Positions 1-8,198 of a DNA stretch of 64,000 nt are shown here, one piece after another. A program made the position numbers and the translations under genes. The stretch lies in assembly GCA_964106915.2 (NCBI GenBank), contig OZ066920.1. One strand, 5' to 3'. The notes under the pieces were generated by a model. It searched no databases, was not told where the DNA came from, and was given only the letters and a program-made list of their open reading frames with translations. Source of the stretch: Podarcis gaigeae (taxonomy: Eukaryota). Numbering within the stretch: position 1 is the stretch's first letter; every line of letters starts with the position of its first letter.

Positions 1-100
1 ATTAGATCTTGGCATTCACTGCATACAAGGGTGTAAACACCTTATGTCAGTTTCTGTCTTTGTAACAGCAGAAGGAATGAGTTCATCATTCATTGTTCGG

Positions 101-101
<1 letters not shown>

Positions 102-130
<29 letters not shown>
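102..130. repeat. (GT)n microsatellite
   Basis: Uninterrupted TG dinucleotide run. Confidence 0.95.
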
Positions 131-132
<2 letters not shown>

Positions 133-444
133 ACGCACGCCTGTATGTAATTAGTTTTTTTACCAGATGGAAAGCTGAGCAGATCGACACTTTGTCTTCC
201 CTTTCGAGAGGATCTTACAGACTTCCGTTGAGATTATCCTGGGAAAGGACCCATTTTCAATTAGCTTCCAAACAGCTAATCTGGAGGAACCCATTGTTTG
301 CCTATCTTATGGTATAATAAGTCATGTATCATGCATAATATATCATGTATCCTGTCTTTCTTTCTGTGCATGTGCATGTCTGAGTCATGCTGGAGCCTGA
401 CCAAGAAGCAGTTGACATTATAAAGCACAGAATACCATCTGGGA

Positions 445-548
445 GGGTAGTTGTGTTTACTCTACTGCGACAAAACCAACAAGAGTCATGTGGTCATAAA
501 CCTTAATGGATTTATCAGAGCATAAGCTTCCTCAAATGCATGAAGTGT
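445..548 (-). mobile_element. Old Penelope-like element end fragment, hammerhead stem II deleted
   Basis: gggtagttgtgtt...aaaaccaacaagagtcatgtgg...gatttatcagagcataagcttcctcaaatgcatgaagtg resembles the reptilian PLE terminal repeat and is similar to 21765-21900. Confidence 0.5.
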
Positions 549-943
549 TTAATCTCAGCTGGCAGCTTTTTGAAATATCTGTATGGCTATTAAAAAAAGG
601 GGAGGGATTGCAAACACTGGAGCCAAAAATCCACAAAAAGCAAGAGGTACATCCTGTAAAAATTCCTACCATCGGTCTCTCATTCATATGCTCCCCTTCC
701 AGGGTGAGCTATGGCATTACCAGCCACTACTGGCTTTCTGTCATCTACGCCGGACAGAGAGGTCCATTTCTGTGCCAGGTGTACAGATGTTGTCTGGGTT
801 AAAAACTCCCATCAGCTCTGACCATTTGCCATGCTGGCTGGGTTGATAGGACTTGGATTCCAACAACATCCAGAGGAACGCAAGTTCCTCAACTCTGCTG
901 TATGCAAAAGAAAGAAGGCTCATGTTTTAATTGTTTGTTTTTA

Positions 944-1158
944 CAGTGGCACCTTGGGTTAAGAACTTAATTCGTTGTGGAGGTCCATTCTTAACCTGAA
1001 ACTGTTCTTAACCTGAGGTACCACTTTAGCTAATGGGGCCTCCTGCTGCCACCGCACGATTTCTGTTCTCATCCTGAAGCAAAATTCTTAACCCGAGGTA
1101 CTATTTCTGGGTTAGCGGAGTCTATAACCTGAAGTGTCTGTAACCCGAGGTACCACTG
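944..1158. mobile_element. Tc1/mariner-pogo (Tigger-like) MITE, family A copy 1
   Basis: TIRs CAGTGGCACCTTGGGTTA / TAACCCGAGGTACCACTG, TA on both flanks; four copies in the window. Confidence 0.9.
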
Positions 1159-3221
1159 TACTTAGTGTCTCTTGCCAGTTCAGCTTCACATGCTACTTCC
1201 TCCCTTCCTCCCCAGTGTCTGCTTGTATCCAGAACCTCAGTGGGCCTGAGAACCCATTTTCTCCTTCTCTGCCCTTCCCCCCTCTTCCAACCCTGCTTTC
1301 CCCCTCTACCTTCTCCTTTATTTCCTCTCCTGTCTCTTTTTTCTCTCTTGTCTCCTCTAATTTCTTCACCTTTGCTCCTGCCCCCCACCCCAGCTACTTC
1401 AGCTTCCCTCTGAGAATGAGAAAGAATGATAACTGCTGCCGCCTTTTAATTTGCCGTGAGTTGTTCTCAGTGTCCTTCAACTGGACTTCCTCCCTCTCTC
1501 CTACTTTTGACTCCAATGTCTCCGTTGTGTGTTGGGTCAAGGAGTGACAACTCCCATCAAGATGCCTTCACAATTGGCTACAACAGAATGTCTGATTTCA
1601 GCAGTGGAAAGGGACCCCTGTGGGTGCCAGAGAAGACCTCTGCAGGCCCACATGCACCCATAGACACCACACTGGTGACCCTTTATGTATAAAGAGCTAC
1701 ATCTTTCTAATGCAGGTCCTGTTTTTGCTCAGAAAGAGTTAACTTCACTTACTTCCTGCGATTTACTGCTGGCTCGCTCCTGCCACTGCATTTCCAGGCC
1801 TATTCTTTCAGGTAGTTGGATGACTAGCTTGGGTGGGTAGGAGTATGTACCACAGCCGAAGCAGCAACCACTTGCTGCCACTTTCCCCAGAGTGGCAGGA
1901 AGCTAAGCCAATCAGATGTCACCTTTGGGGTTTAAGAACCAATGAGGGTGCAAGAGCAGTGGGGTGGCCAGCCTCATTGGCTCCGCAGTGCCAGAGATGG
2001 CACCTGAGGGCTTATCCGCACTTTGCTCCACTCTTTAAAGCTCTGTGTCAGAGCTCCTTTATTATTTTCCCTTTGGAGCTTTCCCCCTAAAGTAAAATTA
2101 TGGGGTGGCCAGCTTTGGGTACTAGGCACAGCACATTCTATTTTAGCACTGACACTCATCCACAAGCGCCTATCCAGCAGTCCTCTTGGATCCTGGACTT
2201 TTGCCTGGTAGTCTGCACCGCTGCTTCTCTGGGGTCTCCTGTGACTTCAACAGAAGGGGTTTAATACAGGACACTACTTTTATAGGTATCGTATTATGCC
2301 CTCATCAGGCCAGGACTGACCTGTGTGAGCACTGGATAAACAGTTGCTTTCTCCTCTCCCTCCTCCACACAGCTCTGCCCAGTTTTCTTTCTTGGGCTGG
2401 TGGAATCCTGCCAGTGAAAGTCTTACACGGCAAGTAATGCCAACATATTTGATGCTGACCTTCTCCCCCCACTGGTATAGCATTATGCTTTTTCAGAAGG
2501 GAGTTTAGTAATAATCCTATGTTGCCCGGTAGATGTAACTCAAAAGGGAGACTCACGCTGTTAATTCAAGTGCAGTCTCTTGTTTATTTGGCATTGCACT
2601 CAAGACATCTCTTTTGATTCCAGGAACGGTTGCATAATAGTACAGCTGATGAGTTTTGCAGAGGACTCCGTGTCCTTGATGAAAGTTCAGAGATTTCATA
2701 TGACTCCATGCAACTCGTTGAAATGGAACTTAAAACCTATTGAGCAGATCATACGGTGTGGGAAATGGTGCTATTAGTTCAGGCATTTATGGGCTTGGAT
2801 CATTGTTGAAAAGGGTTTCAAAACATTTCTCTTTTATAGTGGCACCTTGAGTGTTCATTTTAAAATGGGCTATTCATTTTCAAATGACATTACCACTGCC
2901 TTTCAAAAAAAATAAAACGTTTTGACTTGGGTAATTTCAAAGTCAGGGATGTTCCCAGGTACTCAGAAAGATTCAGGGCACAGAATCATACACCTGTAAT
3001 ACAGAATAAACAGGCACTGTGGAATTTGGCATTGAAAGGTTTGGATTATTCCATTACCTCCACCTTTGCTCCTCTGAGAAAGCGCCCCCAGCATAGCCTG
3101 GTTGAAAAGACTCCTCCAGGGTCTATATTGGCTTGATTTCCACCCTGCAAATTCATGCTCTGCACACTTTCCACTGGCCACAGTGGGGCTTCCTTCTGAG
3201 AAAGCATTCCTAGGGTTAGTT

Positions 3222-3932
3222 CGTCTTCGTCATCGTTTAGTCGTTTAGTCATGTCCGACTTTTCATGACCCCATGGACCAGAGCACGCCAGGCACTCCTG
3301 TCTTCCACTGCCTCCTGCAGTTTAGTCAAACTCATGCTGGTAGCTTCGAGGACACTATCCAACCATCTCGTCCTCTGTTGTCCCCTTCTCCTTGTGCTCT
3401 CCATCTTTCCCAACATCAGGGTCTTTTCCAGAGAGTCTTCTCTTCTCATGAGGTGGCCAAAGTATTGGAGCCTCAGCTTCAGGATCTGTCCTTCCAGGGA
3501 GCACTCAGGGCTGATTTCCTTAAGAATGGATACGTTTGATCTTCTTGCAGTCCATGGGACTCTCAAGAGTCTCCTCCAGCACCATAATTCAAAAGCATCA
3601 ATTCTTCGACGATCAGCCTTCTTTATGGTCCAGCTCTCACTTCCATACATCACTACTGGGAAAACCATAGCTTTTACTATATGGACCTTTGTTGGCAAGG
3701 TGATGTCTTTGCTTTTTAAGATGCTGTCTAGGCTTGTCATTGCTTTTCTCCCAAGAAGCAAGCAGTGGCGTAGCGTGGGGGGTGCAGGGGGGGCCGGCCG
3801 CACCGGGTACAACATCTGGGGGTTAGGGGGCGCAAATCCATGGGTTAGGAGGTGCAAATTACTTGCCTTGCCCCGGGTGCTGACAACCCACGCTACGCCA
3901 CTGGAAGCAAGGGTCTTTTAATTTCATGGCTG
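3222..3932 (-). mobile_element. Bov-B (RTE clade) LINE, 5'-truncated 3' fragment, interrupted by a hAT MITE
   Basis: Minus-strand peptide LLLGRKAMTSLDSILKSKDITLPTKVHIVKAMVFPVVMYGSESWTIKKADRRRIDAFELWCWRRLLRVPWTARRSN...WRALVHGVMKSRT is the Bov-B ORF C-terminus; the LINE resumes at 3912 after the MITE. Confidence 0.95.
3763..3903. mobile_element. hAT-family MITE nested in Bov-B
   Basis: Perfect 17-bp TIR CAGTGGCGTAGCGTGGG / CCCACGCTACGCCACTG; perfect 8-bp TSD GAAGCAAG at 3755-3762 and 3904-3911. Confidence 0.93.
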
Positions 3933-5638
3933 CTCTCAAAAACCATGAAATTAGCCGTAAAAACAACTATTTGAAACATTCAGAATAAAATTGAAATCAA
4001 TGATAAGCTAACAACCATATTAAAACACCTGTCAACATTCTACATATCTGGTTGAGTCGTGCCTAACAAAATCATGGAAACGGTGTGCAGGCGATAATAA
4101 CGAAAAGGAGTTTTTCAGCGGGGCGATCTTTGTGTGGCTGTTAACAGTGTTTCCTTACAACACTGAAAGTGACTTTAAAAGGCAGGGAGAGAATAAGAAG
4201 TGAGGAATTGTAGAGGATTTTGATGTCAAGATGCCTTCCCCATGCTTTTTGTCACTTGTGGCTAGAGAAGACAGGATTCCTGGGTGTGTGTGTTGGGGTG
4301 TGTGTGCCGTTCCTGCCAGAGGATACAATCAACCTGATTCTGTAGCTTCTGCTTTCCATTTTATGGTCTCCTGCTGGGTTGGCAACGGCAGCTTGTGTAT
4401 GAGCTGGAGGGAGGAGGGGAAAGGGAGCTTTGGAGAGGTCCGCAATGGAACCGGGGGGGGGGGGGGATTTTTTTCCTTGCCTCATCCTTTGCATGTTTTC
4501 TTCTCTCTTCTCACAAGGCTCCCTCGCACATCCATACGCTTTCCCTCCGGACATAATCATAATCATACCACAATAGGAGAAGGCTTCCTCATTATTTCGC
4601 TCTGTCCTACCCCGCTCTTCTAACTCTCACCGTTTGTGAAGAAAATGAAATGAAACTGTGCGACAAGGGACAGCCAGTCTCCCAACAGGTGGTGATCTAA
4701 TCATTTTCATCGTCACATTTCTCCTCCTCCATCTGCTCAGGAGAGCTTTGGTCGTGCTGGCCCAGTTCTCAAGCTTTCTTTCTTCTGAACTCTTTCTCTT
4801 TCCCACAGTTCCCTTGGGGATTCGCTTTTTTGGAGCTCACTATCGCTTTGGTTGGGTTGCTGCCTATGCATCAAAGGAGGCTTTTTGTGTTTTATTCCTA
4901 AAGGGTAAAGCATTTTATTAAATCTTGCAGCCAGATCTACCTTGTGGGCTCACAGCATTCTTGGGCAGGTTGTCCTTCACCTGCCTGATGCTGAGTTCAA
5001 GCCCCAATAAGAACATAAGGGGGGCTTTCTTCCCAGTGCCCAGGAAGCTTCTTCCTGGCTTATGGAGGGAGGCGCAATGCTCACATGTGCGACTGGGCCA
5101 TACATGCTTTGGGGCTAGTTATTGGGGGGGGGGGTTTCATAGTTATGGCCAATGTGTGGAGAAGTGGAGATTTGTGGATGGGAATGTGGGAGGAGGGAAT
5201 TTTAATTCAGGCACATCCAATTCCACCCCTCATGGCAGTATACGTCCTGGGGTAAAATCCTTTAAAAAGCTCAGCAACGTCAAACCTTAAAAAAGTTGAA
5301 CAACTTTGGTCAGCCCTCACACGTTCACTTTGGGCACCCCTGTTTTAATTGCTCTGCTCTGGAATGGCTGAGTATTCATGCTGCTGCTGTGTTTAGTGAA
5401 CGAGCATCAAGACTCAGCATCCCTGTAACACCCCCCTCTCCCCTGCACAAGCTGTCTCGCACCCTTAGCAGTGAGAAACCGGTTGCCATGACTACCGCCT
5501 ATAAAAAGGTCATCTTCAGGAAATTCCTTCTGTAGGCAGAGTAGCACCAGGATGAAACTTCCTGTAGGAAGGTTAAAGAACGGTCTACATTATACAGAAT
5601 GATAAATATCTTGGTGGCTTCTTGTAATCTGCCTCATA

Positions 5639-5641
<3 letters not shown>

Positions 5642-5670
<29 letters not shown>
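5642..5670. repeat. (TA)n microsatellite, left flank of PLE insertion
   Basis: Pure AT run abutting the element. Confidence 0.95.
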
Positions 5671-5674
<4 letters not shown>

Positions 5675-6230
5675 GGTTTTGGTGTCCTCGGGTGTCTTCC
5701 CGTGTAAAAGTTGGGGTGTCTAGGCGACGTTTCGACGAGGTCTCACTCGTCATCTTCAGGCTGGTGCTTTCGGCTTCTTGTTACTGGAACAGAGCGGGAT
5801 CTCAATGTTTGAGTTCCTATAAATACTGTAGAGGGGGTGTGGTGTCTAGCCTCCAATGTTCTGGGCAGAGAGGAAGTTCCCAGGCTAGTGTGCCTTTTCT
5901 TCTTTTGTTCCTTAATTACTTGAGAGATACCTTGAGTGATTTCTTGAGTGATATCCTGAGTACCACTTAGGTGGGTCATTAGGTGTGGATTAGTTGCTAA
6001 AGTCTTTGTGTCTTGACCTCTTGAACTTTGTGAAGAGTTTTCCTGAGAAGATGGCTGTATTGCACTTAGTTGTGCTTTGGCTTGGCTTCGTGTATAGGGG
6101 CGAGCTGTGGTTTTGTGGCTTGTGTCAGCCAGATCTGTGTAGGGATTGCAGGGGGGTGCAGCATCCGGAGGTGCCACCATGGATTGGCTACTGGATGGTG
6201 TCAGTAATTCATCTGTGGAGAGGGTCTGGG
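5670..6230 (-). mobile_element. Penelope-like element 3' region / pseudo-LTR, copy 1
   Basis: 5670-6152 is the reverse complement of 6231-6713; carries a hammerhead motif and a stop-free frame ending PEDDE*; inserted in (TA)n. Confidence 0.8.
5723..5762 (-). ncRNA. Minimal type-I hammerhead ribozyme motif (copy 1)
   Basis: Reverse complement reads AGC-CUGAAGA-U-GACGAG-UGAGAC-CUCGUC-GAAAC-GUC-GCC. Confidence 0.75.
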
Positions 6231-6740
6231 CCTGCAATCCCTACACAGATCTGGCTGACACAAGCCACAAAACCACAGCTCGCCCCTATACACGAAGCCA
6301 AGCCAAAGCACAACTAAGTGCAATACAGCCATCTTCTCAGGAAAACTCTTCACAAAGTTCAAGAGGTCAAGACACAAAGACTTTAGCAACTAATCCACAC
6401 CTAATGACCCACCTAAGTGGTACTCAGGATATCACTCAAGAAATCACTCAAGGTATCTCTCAAGTAATTAAGGAACAAAAGAAGAAAAGGCACACTAGCC
6501 TGGGAACTTCCTCTCTGCCCAGAACATTGGAGGCTAGACACCACACCCCCTCTACAGTATTTATAGGAACTCAAACATTGAGATCCCGCTCTGTTCCAGT
6601 AACAAGAAGCCGAAAGCACCAGCCTGAAGATGACGAGTGAGACCTCGTCGAAACGTCGCCTAGACACCCCAACTTTTACACGGGAAGACACCCGAGGACA
6701 CCAAAACCTGCATTCCTGTACCCGTGAAAATCTACGAAAG

Positions 6741-6743
<3 letters not shown>
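6231..6743 (+). mobile_element. Penelope-like element pseudo-LTR, copy 2 (inverted partner, longer 3' end)
   Basis: Same sequence in opposite orientation, extends about 30 nt further (…cccgtgaaaatctacgaaagcaa) then (TA)n. Confidence 0.8.
6621..6660 (+). ncRNA. Minimal type-I hammerhead ribozyme motif (copy 2)
   Basis: CUGAAGA 6624-6630; 6-bp stem II GACGAG/CUCGUC 6632-6637/6644-6649; GAAAC 6650-6654; cleavage triplet GUC 6655-6657; stem I only 2 bp. Confidence 0.75.
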
Positions 6744-6789
<46 letters not shown>

Positions 6790-6795
6790 ATATAT
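6744..6795. repeat. (TA)n/(TATG)n microsatellite, right flank of PLE insertion
   Basis: AT run followed by TATG units. Confidence 0.95.
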
Positions 6796-7073
6796 GCCTG
6801 TGTTTTACTGCCACATCAGTAGGAGAGCCAGAGTCTCTATGCATCTGGGCCAGCTGTTTTTTGGTAGTCTTCAGTGGAAAGCCCAGAAGCGCGTGTGCTA
6901 AGTGCCATACTTAGTATGACAATCATGATGACAGCTTGAAAGGAGGAGTGAAAGAGTTGATGCAGTTCCCTTCAGCTTTCCCTCAAGTGTCTTTACCCAG
7001 ATCCATCTCCCAACATATTAGTGGAATGACCATTAGCTGCTAAACCTTAGGGTAATGCAAACATAAGCATATA

Positions 7074-7324
7074 CAGTCATACCTTGGTTCTCAAATGCCC
7101 TGGAACTCGTACGTTTTGGGTCCCGAACGATCGAAAACCGGAAGTGAGTGCTCCAGCTTTTGAATGTTCTTTTGGAAGCTGAATGTCCGACAGGGCTTCC
7201 GCAGCTTCTGATTGGTTGCAGGAGCTTCCTGTAGCCAATCAGAAGCCGTGCTTTGGGAGTTGAATATTTTGGAAGTCGAAAGGACTTCTGGAACGGATTC
7301 CATTTGACTTCCGGGGTATGACTG
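7074..7324. mobile_element. TA-flanked Tc1/mariner-pogo MITE, family B copy 1
   Basis: TIR CAGTCATACC / GGTATGACTG with TA flanks; internal ctgattgg..ccaatcag palindrome; related to 20224-20473. Confidence 0.85.
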
Positions 7325-7344
7325 TACCTGTGCATACCTTGCCT

Positions 7345-8040
7345 TTGGGATGTGCAAATACGTCAGTTTTGCATTCTCTTGGTTTCTTATTCTTCAAACC
7401 TTAAGTTCAGACCTCCACTTTCCACATCAGTTTTTGATGGTTTTTTTTATTGAAAAAAACATCATCATGGAAGCTCATGTGCATTTGGGGGAAAATTTCT
7501 CCTAATATACCCATGTCTCTATAAGCCATTTTTGCCTAATACATGAATTTTTCTGAAAAGCAGTTTTCCTGATACAATTCATATTTGTATGCTGTTTTCA
7601 CTAGTACAGTGGTACCTCAGGTTAAGTACTTAATTCGTTCCGGAGGTCCGTTCTTAACCTGAAACTGTTCTTAACCTGAAGCACCACTTTAGCTAATGGG
7701 GCCTGCTGCTGCCGCCGCGCCGCCAGAGCCCGATTTCTGTTCTTATCCTGAAACAAAGTTCTTAACCTGAAGTACTATTTCTGGGTTAGCGGAGTCTGTA
7801 ACCTGAAACGTATGTAACCTGACGCGTATGTAACTCGAGGTACCATTGTATGTGCATTTATACACAGACTTTATTTTATGCATTTTGTGTGTGCACATTG
7901 CTTGGCAGGAGAACGGCAAAATTAATAAACGTGCACATTTTGAAAAATGGCTACGCTTCCTTTTGTATGTTATTTCAGAAAGTGCAAAGGATGTAAGTTT
8001 GCCTTTAAATGCAAATTGAATCGAATCTTTCCCCCATCCC
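7345..8040. mobile_element. Older non-autonomous DNA element (GGGATG…CATCCC ends), interrupted by MITE A
   Basis: Similar to 39241-39602 (reverse) and 58021-58545: shared ttccacatcagttt, ttctcctaatata, gagaactgc motifs. Confidence 0.65.
7607..7848. mobile_element. MITE family A copy 2
   Basis: TIR CAGTGGTACCTC / GAGGTACCATTG, TA flanks; one extra tgtaacctga subrepeat. Confidence 0.9.
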
Positions 8041-8142
8041 AATTTTACTTCTAGGCTCTGTTCCAAAGAGGTGGGGATGGTAAATGCCACGCCCCAAGGA
8101 ATGCCAAGGAATAACCTGGGTATGTTTTGCAAATGTGCTGCA

Positions 8143-8198
8143 CTCAGGTTTCCTACAGGCATCTAGTTGGCCACAGGATGCTGGACTAGATGGGCCTT
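8143..8198 (+). mobile_element. LINE (L2/CR1-like) 3' tail fragment
   Basis: ggcatctagttggccacaggatgctggactagatgggcc; the same motif recurs near 11740-11830, 29130-29240, 51620-51690, 51890-51970 and 60675-60800. Confidence 0.6.

Noticed and set aside
3249-3921. 202-aa and 218-aa ORFs as a host gene
   Set aside because: Sense and antisense frames of a Bov-B fragment extended by the inserted MITE
5509-5520. 12-nt exact match GTCATCTTCAGG to the ribozyme core complement at 5749-5760, as a possible third hammerhead
   Set aside because: No GAAA, stem III or cleavage site follows on the minus strand; plausible as chance
6146-6640. 164-aa + strand ORF as an independent gene
   Set aside because: It is the inverted duplicate of the PLE frame fused to antisense spacer sequence
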